Numbered from the stretch's first letter, positions 33,320 to 46,215 are shown. The stretch is DNA of 64,000 bases from Saprolegnia diclina VS20 (GCF_000281045.1 NW_008246070.1:1100193-1164192); one strand, 5' to 3'. Numbers and translations are program-made. Notes: generated by a model from the letters alone, not told the origin.

Positions 33320-35769
33320 CTAGGCAAACGCCTTGGACCACATCTTCTTCTCCTTGTCGGCTTGCTTCTTCATGTAGGCCTTGAGGCGGTCGTGGCAAAT
33401 CACAATCGCACGGTCGTCCGGCGTCAACCGGTGCGCTTCCTATGCAAACGTGTCATGAGGCTGTAGACGAAGTGTGCGATCGAACCGTAATGTCGGTGTG
33501 GGCCTTCTCGTAGTCCTTGAGCTTCTCGTACGCGATCGCGCGACGGTAGAGTGCCTTGGTGTTGGTCGCATCCAAATCGAGCGCGTCCTTGCAGTTGGAC
33601 ACAGCCTTCTGGTACGCCTCGAGCTTGAGGTAGCACTGCGCCAAGTTGAGGTACAAGCTCAGCTTGACGGCCTTGACTTCGGCCGCATCTTCCGGGCGCA
33701 AGTCGAAAAACTTGGACGCGTGCGTCAACGCCTATTCGAGGAGACCATATAGCATGTGATAAGGCACGCTAGGTACCTTGACGTAGCGGGCCGCGGCGTG
33801 CTGCACGTTGCCGCCGCGGAAGAGCTCGTTGCCTTCATCCTACGCCCGGATTCAAAGATTGACTCCAACTGGCGACAACTGTACCTTGTTCTTCATCACG
33901 AGGCGCATGCGGTCCGGCGTCTTGAGCTACAGAGACTATGTCGTCACAGTGACGTGGCTTGCCACGACATCGCACCTTGCGAAAGTCATGGTCGTCGTCG
34001 TCCTTGGTCTCGAGTGCTGCCTTGGCCGACTCGGCCTCCAAGTGCGCCTCAAGCGCAGCGTCTTCCTTGGCAACCGCTGCAAAGTAGGCACTGCACGAGT
34101 TCGTAATGTCCTAACAATGACTATGAGACATGTGATCCCGTCGTCAGCGACTGTACGGTCTTGAGCTGCGCGACGCGCTGCGTGGCGACTTCCAGCGTCG
34201 CGACCTCGGCTTCTTCCGAGTAGAACCAGTCCTCGGCCGCATCCAAGAACGGGTTGAGGACGTTGTAGTCGATGAGGTTGCCATGCTTCTGGTTCGCCTT
34301 GCCGCGCATCTCGTACACGAACGTCTCGATCTCGTTGCGCTTGTTCGCAAGGAGGTAGTTGGCCTCGTCCTGCGCCTGCATCGCCGTCTCAAGCGCGATC
34401 CATTCGGGCGACACGTCCACATCCTGCGTCGCCAAGAGGTCCTCGGCCGACGCCGCGCCGACCGCAACCGCAGTCGCGCTGTCGAGCATACGGCCCAAGG
34501 GCACACTGTCACCGACGACCTTGGTGATCGCAGCCTGGAGGAGCGGTTTGCGAGTGCCGCCACCGACAATCTCGACCGAAACCAAGTCGCTGCCCGCGAC
34601 GTTTGCCGACGTCAAGAGGCCCACGAGCAGCTGCTCGAGCGCAGCCGCATGCGCGGCGTTGAGCGCGTCAAACTCGGTCTTGGTGAGCGTAAGCGTGAGG
34701 TCGCAGTCATTGCCGAGGTTCTCGACTTGGACGATGGCTTCCGGGATCGTCGAGAGGAGCTTCTTGAGCTGCTCGCAGGCCGCGAGAAGCCGGCGACCCT
34801 GGCGCGAGTGGCCCTGGATGTCAAGGCCGTGAGACGCCTTGAGCTTGGCCTGGAAGTGATGGAAAATCGACTTGTCAAAGTTGCTAGAACACTTGTCGTG
34901 AGAGATATGGACGCGGCAGTGCGATGATATGGTACACTGAGCCGAGATCGCCCTTGTACGCGTGAGCCAGCACCGTTTCACCCGTCGCTACTCGTCAGTG
35001 ATGACACCAATGTGACAAGAAGAGGCTACCGTTGAGGCGCACCACCGCTGCGTTCGTCGTCGAGTGGCCGACATCAACAATCATGATGGTCTTGGTCTCG
35101 GTCTCGTCCTTGATGGGGTGCTTGCGATGGAAGCAGCGTGCAAGAGCTACAGACACGGGCTAAGATCACCAGAGATTGCATTGACGAGCCGAACCAGCAT
35201 CGCGGCCAACGACACCAGCCGCCCCAAAGCCTGCAATCTTGGCCGCCTGGAGAACTGCGCGCTTCTCCGCGTCGCCCCACCCGCTCGGGACCGCAATACC
35301 GACGAGGATGTTCTCGAGCGGCGTGGTCTGGACGTTGCTGCCGATCTTGCCAAAGACCATAGCCAGCAGCTGCACCGGCGTGAAGAGCTTCTCGCCGTTG
35401 TTGTACTGGACCTGCGCCGCAGCCTCGCCGGACGCCGTCTGGACGTATGCGGCGCGCGGACACGGAAACGCGGCCATCTGCGCAAGAACTTCTTGGTGCG
35501 ACTTGCCAAGGAACATATTGATGTGGTCGACAGTATTGGCCGGGTTCGTGCTCGACGACAAGACGGCGGCTTCGCCAAGCAAGCGCTCCTTGTCCTTGAA
35601 GGCCACGAGCGTCGCCGTGGTCATACCACCAAGCTCATTGAGAACAATTTCGCCCGACGGGCGCGCGACGACGCAGCGCTGGGACCCCTATAGAGTACAG
35701 TAGAGGTTACACGAATGCTCGATGATTATGGAAGCCAGGACGCACGAGGTCGATGCCAATGTACTCCAT
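33320..35769 (-). CDS. Hsp70/Hsp110-like ATPase domain fused to a C-terminal FKBP/Cyp40-type TPR domain; multi-exon
   Basis: MEYIGIDL|GSQRC...NELGGMTTATLVAF, RAVLQAAKIAG, IVDVGHS, CEQLKKLLS, VEIVGGGTRKP; KRNEIETFVYEMR...AEDWFYSE; TPR KDEGNELF, LYLNLAQCYLK, NTKALYRRA, KMWSKAFA*. Confidence 0.88.
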
Positions 35770-36329
35770 CGTGCTACGCTGACGTGCTGGAATGAGACCG
35801 ACCAATGACACATGGTATCCGGACACAGCAGTAGCGACACATGTATTCTAATCGCACACCACATTTGCGGATGCCCACCAGGTGAGCATGCCAGCTTATG
35901 CCTGCTTAGAGTTCTGAGCACTTATTGGGATAAGAAATACTGCAAAAAAGCGGCTCGAGGTGCTAGCCACACGTATCGGGATAGAAAGAGAAGCCGATAG
36001 AGCTGGGTTGCAGGGATATCGACGAGATCCCGCAAGGCACGTGGAATGCCGCATCATGGAGCGTCTTCGGCTGCCTTCCAGAACGTCAAGTTGGGTGTTT
36101 CAAGCGTCCGGATACCCCCGGCCACACCATCGAAACAAGTTTGCTCTTTGTTAACGACGGACATGGTGCTATTTTATCAGTCTTCTCTCCACCAATTTTC
36201 CCGTTAAGTTGAATACTTGAGAGTGTAAACTTAAGTGGATGAGCACACATTCTTGTGAAGGGCGTGAATGATGGTAGTAAGAAACCCAACTGCCCGCGCA
36301 TCGGCGCGGCTGATTACCCAAGGCGCACC

Positions 36330-37166
36330 ATGGACGAGACCCTCGTGTGCTCTGTGGAAGAGGCTCTGTGCGACGGTCTTGTCGCTGCGAAGATTGACGG
36401 GGCCATGGTCGACTACGTCGTCGAGCTCGTGCTGGCGGCCTGGGACGACGCCTACACGACCACGATGGCCAAGCCACGCAAGAAGAAGGCGGTGCCGCTG
36501 GAGCCTGATGCAGTGCGAGCGCAGTGTCTAGCCTCCGCTCTTGAAGAAACGCTCTTGGACGCACAGCCAACTCTGCAGCTGGACCCAGCCGCAGACATTC
36601 GGTCGCTCATCTCGGATACCCAGGCGCTTCTGCACGATGTGCTGTACCCACCGGCGCCGGCGCCAACGACGTCGCCGTTTGTCGTGGGTGGCACTTGCTT
36701 GGCCATTCTGGAGGAAGACGACGAGTGGCACGAGGCAGAGATCACGTCGGTTGAGGACTTGGTGGCACAACGTATCCAAGTCAACTTTGTCGAGTTTGAC
36801 AAGCGCCAGGACGTCCCCATCTCGCTTATCGTGCTGCCCGACGACATTGCAGACAGCGAGGACGATGTCGTGACCGGCTGCGAGCTTTGCGAGCGAGCCA
36901 TGAACCTCACGGCGCACCACCTCGTGCCACGGCAGTGCCACGCCAAGTTTCTCCAGCGTGGGTTCAGCCGTGAGTACCTCAACCGGACGATTCTGATTTG
37001 CCGGCAATGCCACTCCAAGATCCACGCAACAGAAGACAACAAGGTGCTCGCAAGCGAGTTTAACACGCTGGAGAAGCTCTTGGCGCACGAAGCGATTGCA
37101 CGCTACGTCCAGTACGCAAGGAAGCAAAAGACGCGCGTGCGTCCGCGGGGCCAGAAACAAGGCTGA
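36330..37166 (+). CDS. Tudor-like domain + HNH-type Zn-binding domain protein
   Basis: FVVGGTCLAILEEDDEWHEAEITSV...VNFVEFDKRQDVP (Tudor); CELCER...LTAHHLVP...N..LICRQCHSKIH (HNH with two CxxC). Confidence 0.75.
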   Translation: MDETLVCSVEEALCDGLVAAKIDGAMVDYVVELVLAAWDDAYTTTMAKPRKKKAVPLEPDAVRAQCLASALEETLLDAQPTLQLDPAADIRSLISDTQALLHDVLYPPAPAPTTSPFVVGGTCLAILEEDDEWHEAEITSVEDLVAQRIQVNFVEFDKRQDVPISLIVLPDDIADSEDDVVTGCELCERAMNLTAHHLVPRQCHAKFLQRGFSREYLNRTILICRQCHSKIHATEDNKVLASEFNTLEKLLAHEAIARYVQYARKQKTRVRPRGQKQG

Positions 37167-37837
37167 GTTGCAGCATAGACACTCCACCACACAACAAACT
37201 GGATCCGAAAACGGATCGCCGCCAAGCTGAACTAACCCGCAATTTAATACTTACACCTAGCCGCAACGCGACTGGCTACAGCGATCAACTGGCGATGGAC
37301 ACCACCCATTAGACGACGCATGCGCGCTGGCAGACACGACGGCTGCGGCACCCTCGTCAAGGACTCGGGCCTGGTCGTTTTGGAGGAAAACCTCGCTGTC
37401 GGTCGCTGAGCTTCTCACAAGGAGCGAAGAAGCAACCGGTGGTTTGCATGGAACCACGATGCGCAGCTACTCCGTACCGTAGATGCTACTCGGTGTGGGA
37501 CGACGGCCATTGCTTGAGATTTTTCGAACAGTCCCGGAATTCCCACGTGCCATTTTGGGGTACGTCGTCGCCAAAGGCGGTCGTCCCGCCGACTGTCCTT
37601 GCTGACAGGCATGTCTCTTCGCCTGATAACGCGGGGTGCAGCCCCTCCGAGGCGCGACAGCAACGGCGAGGGCGCTGGCGTGCGGCGGAGATTGCCGAAG
37701 CAGCAACGGTCGTACCCCTTTTTGTCACCATTTTCGCGCGAGAACCCCCTTTTGCAGATTCAACGCGACATGGTTGTTGCCGTCAGATCATTTCTAAAAA
37801 ACGACATCGAGCATCCGACAACGCGATCATCAGCAGC

Positions 37838-38359
37838 ATGCGCTCGTCTCCTATTGCCTGCTCGTCCGCGCGCTGCCTCGCCGACGACCTCTGGTACCTC
37901 GACGCTAGCTTCGGCCTCAAGTACGAGGCCTTCTTGGCGCTCTCACCGACGGCGCCCGAGTCGCCGCCGGCCACGCAGTGCCACCCGCGCATCTCGCTCA
38001 CGTGGCCGAGCCGCTCGATGGACCCGAAAACGACGCGAAACGAAGCGGCTGCACCGCGCCGCGTCGGCAATTACTCGCCGCAGACACGGCGCCAGCGCAT
38101 CCAGCGGTTCCATGCCAAGCGGCACCAGCGACAGCTCAAGTTTGCGATGCTGGCCGACGATGGCGACGAACACGAGCATGACGCAGAGCATAGCTGCCTC
38201 TCGTCACCGCTGTGGGTACCGTCGCTCCCGGACGACGACCTCGAAGCAAGCGCGATGATTGATGACACGTTCCAAGAACTGTGCTTGCCAGACGAGGTTG
38301 GGTTCGTCACCGATCACGACAACGACGACGACGAGGTGCTCGAAAATGTGGAGCTGTAG
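37838..38359 (+). CDS. Small protein with partial CCT motif and acidic tail
   Basis: RVGNYSPQTRRQRIQRFHAKRHQR matches the first half of the protist CCT motif (IG.YSP..R..RI.RF..KR..R). Start codon uncertain. Confidence 0.6.
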   Translation: MRSSPIACSSARCLADDLWYLDASFGLKYEAFLALSPTAPESPPATQCHPRISLTWPSRSMDPKTTRNEAAAPRRVGNYSPQTRRQRIQRFHAKRHQRQLKFAMLADDGDEHEHDAEHSCLSSPLWVPSLPDDDLEASAMIDDTFQELCLPDEVGFVTDHDNDDDEVLENVEL

Positions 38360-38785
38360 GCGCCATCTTATCTACCAGTAGTATATATGTATACCTTATT
38401 CAACCCCGCGCTGTTGCTGGTCTTTCCGCTCGCACCTCCGGCGACCTCGTCTCTGTTGGCGTCATCCGTCCTGCCGCCTGCAGCGTACCGCACTGTCGGC
38501 GGCTGCTAAGTACTAGTAGAGTCCCATAAGCTGCAACACAACGCTTGACTCGGTCGACGGTGCTCGCTTGGTATGATCGTGTCGGCCTTGCCCGCGTCAC
38601 CGGCTGGGTTCGCCGCGAGCTGGTGCGTTATACGCACGTGCACAGTCTTTGCCCCTTCTGCAGCCATCGTCCGATTCGGTACCGGTACCAGGGTGGCCGC
38701 CTGTCCCACGAGCCGGCTCATACAGTGGGAGTGCGCAACACGTGGGGTCGTGAATTGCCTTAAAAAAGTACACTTCAAGTTTGAA

Positions 38786-40195
38786 TTACGCGTGCTGGAC
38801 AACCTCGGCAATGGCTTCGGCAATGTACTGGACGTTCTTCGAGTTGACGCCGGCCATCGAGATGCGGCCGTCCTTGGTCAAGTAGATGTGGTGCTTGGTC
38901 ATCATGCGGTCGACCTGCGGCTCCGTGAGGCCCGTGTAGCAGAACATGCCAATCTGGTCCGTAATGTGGTTCCACTCGGTCGTCGAGCCGTCAATCTTGG
39001 CAATGTTGGCCTTGAGGAGCGACCGCATCGAGATGATGCGATCGGCCATGCTCTTGCACTCGCCGTACCACTGGCGCTTGAGCTTCTCGTCGCCGAGGAT
39101 CGCTGAGACGAGGAGCGCGCCATGGATCGGCGGGTTCGAGTACATGGGGCGGATCACAATCTTGAGCTGCGACTCGACGCGCGCCGCTTCCTCGGCATCC
39201 TTGCACACGACGCTGAGCGCACCAACGCGCTCACCGTAGAGGCCAAAGTTCTTGGCGTATGACTGCGACAAGACAATGTTGTGGCCATCGTCGACAAACT
39301 ACGGAGCGACTTGAGCATTTAGGAAGCCTTATTATGGGAGGTACCTGGCGAATGGCGGCGGCATCACGGTCGGCATCACCCGAGGCAAAGCCCTGGTACG
39401 CGCAGTCAAAGAAGACGACGTGGTTCTTCTCCTTCATGGCCTTGGAGATGCCAGCCCACTGCTCCTTCGAGGGATCGACACCCGTCGGGTTGTGCGCGCA
39501 CGCGTGGAGGAGGAACACCGACTTTTCGGGGGCGCCCTGGATGTCGCTCATCAAGCCCGAGTAGTTGAGGCCGCGCGAGGCCGGCTCAAAGTAGGCGTAG
39601 CGACGGACGTCGAGGCCAGCATCCTTCATGATCGGAATGTGGTTGCCCCACGTCGGGTTCGGCAAGTAGATCGGCGTGTTCTTGCCCAAGAAGCGGGCAA
39701 AGAAATCACCAGCGAGACGGCAGCCGCCCGTGCCCGAGATCGTCTAATGGAACACTCCATGAGATGTCTATCGCAACGATCCAAGGGTAGCGTACCTGGA
39801 CACCCGTGACGCGGCCATCCTTGATGGCCTTCGAGTCGTCGCCGTAGGCGAACTTCAACGAGAGGTCGACAAACTCCTTGATACCGGCAATACCAGCGTA
39901 TTCCTTGTTCTTCTTGGCGTCAATGAGACGCTTCTCGGCTTCCCAAACCGACGGAAGGACGTACGGCTAGAGCCATCATCGTGAATGACCGGCGAGAGGC
40001 GGCGAAGCGTACCTTGCCGTTGTCGTCGCGGTACGCGCCGACACCGAGCGAGACCTTGCGGGCGTCCGTGTCCTTGTTGAACTTGTCGGTGAGGCCCAAG
40101 ATCGGGTCCGCGGGGCCCATGGGCACGTCCTTCAGCCAGGACATGGCGCGGGTCTGGAGCTTCGTGGAGCGGAGAAGGCGGCGCGCGTGCAGCAT
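38786..40195 (-). CDS. GOT2: Mitochondrial aspartate aminotransferase; 4 exons
   Basis: Presequence [108 protein letters not shown]. Confidence 0.96.
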
Positions 40196-40358
40196 CTTGC
40201 TTCGACAACGAGAATGGATTTGTGGCGAAATCCTCAGTTTGGCAATCCAAATCCGGTTGTCGCGTGTGGTCATAGATGTGGCACGTGCCTCGTGACTTGG
40301 TGTTTGTATGCCATCCGGATAAAATAGATCCACCAGGATTCTTGTGGTGGGCTTTTTG

Positions 40359-40885
40359 ATGCAGTCACAGAGAGAAGTGTCCCAGCCCGACCTTTGGCTG
40401 GCCACGCCGGAGCTGCTGCCGGATGGCTGGCCCGCGCACCCGCGCCAGCAGAAGCCACCATCGGACTCGATCCACTGCACGGGCGTGCGCTGCTTCCTGG
40501 CGCCAGCCGCCGCCACCAACGACGCCATCCAACGTCGTGCTCCGTCCCTGCCACCTGCGTAGTATCTTTAGAGCGAGAGGGCGCTTGAAGTGTTGTACTC
40601 ATCCACGGATGCGGCCTCCTGCACGTGACAGCCGCCGCTGACGCTACGCATTTGCACCAACAAGCGCCATGTACCGGCGCGAGCACGAACCACGTGGCTC
40701 CAACTGCAACGTGGACGTGGCTGCGGTCGCGTATGCGGTTGCGCAAGAGCAGTAGCATCGAGGCCGCCGCGAAGGCAAACGAAGCGCCGCCCGCTTCGAG
40801 GCGAGCGCGCACTTCAATTGGGTGCACTTTCCGACGTCATGGCACTTGCCGAACGACGACGGTCTTGGTGGCAGGCATGGGATGA
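40359..40885 (+). CDS. Possible small spliced hypothetical gene, divergent from GOT2
   Basis: GC3-rich frame [20 protein letters not shown]..., with a plausible GT-AG intron near 40544-40590 joining the frame of ORF 40625..40885. No recognised motif. Confidence 0.35.
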
Positions 40886-40987
40886 GCCCGGATCGAATCT
40901 GGCGCCAGAGCGTAGCGCCCACGGAGCTCTCAAAGCATCCCGGCGACATGTTGCGAGGTGGACTTAAAAAACGACGACTATCACATC

Positions 40988-41908
40988 TCATCTCAACGTT
41001 TGGTACCCCGCGTCGTAGCGCTGGGCAGCCAACAGCACACCGACGCCGAGGAAGGTTCCGACGCCCATGTACGCGAGAAACTCGTAGCCATGGTGCACGT
41101 CGACAGCCGCGTCGTGGGGTGCGCCGACGCTACGCACGTTGGCGTCGTTCTTGATCGTTTCGGCCCCCGACAAGAGCGGCGCGATCGCCTTCATCCAGTC
41201 GTCGTACGTCCAGGACGCATCGGCTTCAAACGGCACTTCGTTCAGCTACCACATACCGCATGAGGGACCGGCATGGTGCGGAGATGTACATGTACCAGGT
41301 ACATGGGCGTGCCCGAAATGCCTCGCGTGCACGCATACTTCCACTCCGTGCGCGTATCCACGTCCATTTGCGTGCCGCCGTGGCCCGTCATGCCTTCGGC
41401 CCACTGCGCATCCGTGAGCTCCGGAAACGTCTTCTTGGCCAGGGCGCCGATTTGGGCCGTCACTTGCTTTTGGCCGAGCGTCTCCGTGGCCTTGTTCCAA
41501 TACCTACTCAAACGAGATGGTCACAGCCTTCGTACGTGCCGGCAAGACTGCGTACGCGTCCTGGTTGGCATAGACGGCCTCCATCCAGCGCGTAAAGGTG
41601 TCGTCGCCGAGCGCGTGGGCGATGGTGCGACTCGCCTGCGCAAACGAGTAGGCGTTGTGGTGGTACGGCAACGGGAACTGGTGGAAGCGCAGGCGGAACG
41701 CACTCGACGAGAGGTTGGCCGCCACTTGTTGCAGTGCCGGATACGCAGCCTTGCTGTCGGGGCAGAGCAGGTCGATGAACATGTCGAGTTGGATGTGCGC
41801 GTCGGCGCTGCCTTCGGCGTACGTGAAGCCGGGCGGCGACGCCGGGATCGGGACCTGGGCGGTCGCGAGGCCGACGGCCGTCGCCAGAGCGAGCAGGAGG
41901 CGCGACAT
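40988..41908 (-). CDS. Secreted/membrane DsbA-like thioredoxin-fold protein (CxxS); 3 exons
   Basis: Signal peptide MSRLLLALATAVGLATA; FIDLLCPDSK, FPLPYHHNAY, RTEWKYACTRGISGTPMY (cis-Pro loop); C-terminal TM and YQTL tail. Confidence 0.85.
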
Positions 41909-42790
41909 CTTGGGCACGGTCAACCAGTTGCGGAATGCCACGGTCGTTCGCGGAGCTTTTTCGCCGAAACACGGCCGGATGCGCCGGATACGCACCCATC
42001 GGCTGCTGATTGGGCATTGGAATTATAGCCGACCAATGGCGTGCGAGTATCTTGAAGAAATTCGAACCAGCGATCAACGTTGCACGACGCGGAGCACTCC
42101 CGTTTGGATAAGAGCGCGTCGATCTTAGTGGGCGATCGCCGTAGTCGTTCCGAACGACTAAGGCGAAGGCATCCACGCAAGGGCCACACTGCGAACCACT
42201 GGTGCTTGGCGACTGGCGCGGACGGTCTGGATCCCGCAGATACGCCATCGCTTTTGCACCTAGGATGCACCAGTCTGGGCAGCTCGGCGTGCTAGAAATT
42301 ACACACAGCACACAGCTGTCGAAACATAGACAATACTGTAGACACTCGGAAGGGTTCTTGAACTGATGCCACCGGCAAACGCTGGACGAGGCGGCTTCCG
42401 TGGCCTTCGATATGCGCAACGACGCACGACCGAGAGCTACGACCGGGCACCAAAGCACTGTGCGTGCAGCTGCATTTCTGGTCGCCAAGATCGTTTTTGA
42501 ATCGTTGGAGCACGCAGCGTCTTTCTGTACCAAAGGTTCGGCGGCTGGCCTCTTGTTCAAAACTGGTGCCTTGGAGAGTCGAGTGGAAGCTGCCTCGTCC
42601 ATGGCTGCTCATGCACCTGAACGAGCTGCAGCAAGTGCCCATGCAGCTTCGTGTTGCAATGTGATGACACCTGGTGGCAACTAATTTCAACCAATCATAA
42701 CTACGATTCTGCCTTCGGGCATCTCTGATTGGCCATATTGTTACAAGATCGCGGCCATTTCGAAATTGCAGTATAGACGGCAGCGTGGCC

Positions 42791-45700
42791 ATGGACCCTC
42801 GGTACCTGCGGCAGCCAGCGACGCGCGCCGAGCGACACGGCGATGGCCGATATGCGCGCGATGGACTTCCTTCCACGGGCCTCTTCTCGCCGCTGACGCA
42901 GCTGCACTCGGCCTTCCACAAGCGCCATGAGACTCGCAAGCGGTCCGAGTCCAGCCCGATGGCCATGGCGTACAACCGCGCGACGCAGAACCGCCGAGCC
43001 ATCCAGCTGCCGCCGCGGCCTTTTTCGTTTCGGCAGCGCCAAGGCAAACTCGACACGCGGACCATCGCCCAAATCGACCTGAACAAGGTCGTGCGGGAGA
43101 CCGACATTGACACGATTCAGGTACGCACTCGCCAAGCCCTGCTTTACCACAGCCGGTCGAGTAGAACCACTTGGAGAACTTGGCTTTCTCGGACGTGACG
43201 CTCCAGGACGTCAACCAGTACTCGGACGAGTACTTTCTCAAGCTCTTCCAAGTCGCGCAGGTACACGTGCGTCATGTTTGCACTGCCGTTTCGACGACAC
43301 GGTAGCTGACTGTCGAGTATCTCTTGAACGTTCAAGAGTCGCTGGTGCTTCACACGGAAGACCTCGAGACGCAGTGCGACCACGTCGCTGCCGACTGCAA
43401 GACGCTCGAGGCCGAGAACCAAACGTTCGACGCCGAAGTCAAATTGCTCAAGCAAGAGATCCAGCAAAAGCAAAATACGATTGCGACCTTTGAAATGATG
43501 CTCCTCACGCAGCAGCGCAGCGCGTCCGTGCCCGCGACGTCACCAACACCGGCGCGTACGTACCTCCCATCTGCACCGTCTGTAGCCACGGCGTGTAGCT
43601 GTCGACTGTGTGTTTTGCAACAAGAAATTTCTCTCGACCGAGTACCTCGTCAAGCACCAAAAGAAAAAACACTTTGACGACTACAGCAAACTCAGAGCGA
43701 CCAAGTCGGTACGTCGCCCTCGTGCCTTACGGAAGCCATAGCAATTAGCTAGGGACCTCCACCGCTCCAGGCACCGCCCCCTGTACACGCACCGCCGCCC
43801 GTGCAAGCACCACCGCCGATCGAGACGCCACCAGTAATGGTTGAGCCAGCCAAGCCCGCTGCATCCGATGTCAGCTTGGTGTCGGCCCTCGTAGCCGCCA
43901 ACACGACGGCCCTCACCAAGCAGCTCGAGACGCTGCAAGCCCAGCTCCTTCAGGACAAGTCAGAGCGCGCAAAAGAGACGCAGCTGCTCCAACAACAGCA
44001 AAACGCCTTTGCGCAGAGCATCGTCGAGCAAATGGCGCGCATGCAGCAAGCGCTGCAGGACATGCAGGCCAAGACGCAGACCGAGTGGATGCACTTTACG
44101 GAGGAAATTCTCAAGGCCAAGCCGCGGCCCGCCGACCACATTGGCCACGTTATGCACGACACCGACGACAAACTTACGCGCGAGATGGTCCAAGACCTCA
44201 TGCAGCAGCGAGAGAAAGAGCTCGCGCGGCGACTTGAGCTCGAGGCCGAGCAGCGCGAGTGGGCGGCCCGCGAGCTCCAGCTCCAAAAGCAGCTTCTCGA
44301 CGAAAAGCAAAAGCAAACGACCAACGAACTCACGCTCACGCACTTGATGGCGCTCGAAGCGCAAAAGTACGGCCTCGACTACGGTCTCCCACCGTCCGCG
44401 GCCCCTACTGTCGTGGTCGTCGAACGCGGCCCGCCGCCAGCCGTGGAGACACCAGTTGTAGCTGCTGAAGAGCCCAAGCAAGCACCACCGCCCTGTCTGG
44501 TACGACAGCCATCGATCCAAGTGCCTGACGTTGTCCCGACACCGGTACCAGCAAAGGCAGCACCGCCCAAACCCGTGGTTGTGGAAGCACCTCCGCCGAA
44601 ACCAACACCGGTGGCAGCGCCAGTGGTTGCGCCGGTGCCTGCCCCAGCACCAACTCTTGTCGAAATCGAGACGCCGCCAGCGGTGGTCGAAGCTCCTCCA
44701 ATGCCCGAGGCACCTACACCAGCGCCAAGCGAGGACGCGCAATTGCGTCGTCTGCACGCCGCGGCCACGACGATCCGTCGCGTGACCAAGGGCTTTCTCA
44801 CGCGATCGCGTCTCGCCCATCCGCACAGCTGGCATCTGCGTCTGCAAGGCCACGACGTGCTGGTGCCCGTGACGCGCGATACCACCGCACTCGACGTGCG
44901 CCGCGTCATCGCTTCGGAACTTGGCAACATCGACCTCCACCGCGTGTTGCTGCACGACGTACACTCTGGTATCGTTGCCGTTTGCTGAGAAATGGCGGAT
45001 GGCATCTGGTCGTAGGCGATGAGCTGCCAGGATCGTTCTTGGTGTTTGAGACCAACGGGCACTTGGAAATCGAAATCATTCCCGCCATGCACGACGACAT
45101 GCACCACTTTGCGGTCATCGACGAGCTTGTCATCGACTTGGCCGCGCAGAAAGGCCAGATTCAAGTAAAATGCGTTTTGTATCAAGTTGATACGAGCACA
45201 TGGTGTAGAGCCTGCGCACGGAGACGTTGCCCGCGCACGTGCGACCGGAGAATGCAACCGTGCTTGCAGCGCTCGTACGTCTTCAGAGCGTTGCGCGGGG
45301 CATGCTTGCGCGGCGCGAAGCTGCGTCGCGGCGCATTGACCGCCTCGTCGATGCGCGGTTGGCGCAGCTGCAAGCGCCGCCCGTTGTCATTGCCCACAAG
45401 CCGACGCTCGCCGAGGTACACACGCGCAAGGTCACGGACGCACTCCATGCCAAGCTCGTCGCCTTCAAAGTCGGCAAGTCCGCGGATAGGATTCCGCGGC
45501 AGCTTTCAAAAGACGCGTACGAAGCGTCCATGAAGCAGCTCACGGCGGCGCGCGAGGCTCAGCCCCCCGAGGTCCAAGCGCGCATCGCTGGTCTTCTCAG
45601 TATGATCCACGACGTGAGTGTGTCGCAGTACGACGCCGCAGCCGCCAAAGAAAAGGAAGCGACGGCAACGGCCGCGACGTCTATTCAGTCGATTGCTCGC

Positions 45701-46193
45701 GCGGCACTGGCGCGCAAAATGCTGCAAAAGATGCTGGCCAAGCATGCACCTGCCGAGGCGTCATTGGTCACCGAAGGCACCACTCAACGGGATGCTGAAG
45801 CGACGGCCAAGCCCACAGACGACAATGACGACGAGGCCAAACCGAGCGCCGAATTGCACGAGTCGGTCCAAGCTGTCGACGAAGCGCCGCCCAAGGCAAC
45901 AAGCTCGGTCACTGAGGACGAGGGGGTGATGACCATTGACGAGTTCAACGACGACGAGCCAAAGCCCGCGTACGCGTAGCGTCGTTTGCAACTCTGGTAT
46001 TGATGGCTTGTCTAGGCCGGCGACGTCGGAGGCCCTTGAGAAAGCCGTGCTGCAGGACGAGTATGAGGAAGAGCGCGCCAAGCTCGCGGCGCTTAAGGAG
46101 GCGAGTGCGCGCGTGATTTCGCCCTTCTCGCGCGCGCCGCTGCAGTCGATGCGCAGTGCCAAGCGCGGGTCAAGCTCCCAGAACGCACGGTAA
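42791..46193 (+). CDS. DZIP1/Iguana-like basal body protein (Dzip-like N domain, C2H2 finger, coiled coils, IQ-like motifs); multi-exon
   Basis: FSFRQRQGKLDTRTIAQIDLNKVVRETDIDTIQ|NHLENLAFSDV...LKLFQVAQ|LTVEYLLNVQESL; CVFCNKKFLSTEYLVKHQKKKH; IQ-like LQSVARGMLARR and IQSIARAALARK. Confidence 0.85.
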
Positions 46194-46215
46194 TCACCAT
46201 GAATTGGCTCGTTTA

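Noticed and set aside
36077..36086. Possible heat-shock element (TTCcaGAA) upstream of the Hsp70-TPR gene
   Set aside because: Only two nGAAn units, which is expected by chance.
38400..38670. Possible tiny spliced minus-strand gene (MAAEGAKTVH...)
   Set aside because: Very short, no recognisable motif, and it may be GOT2 3' flank.
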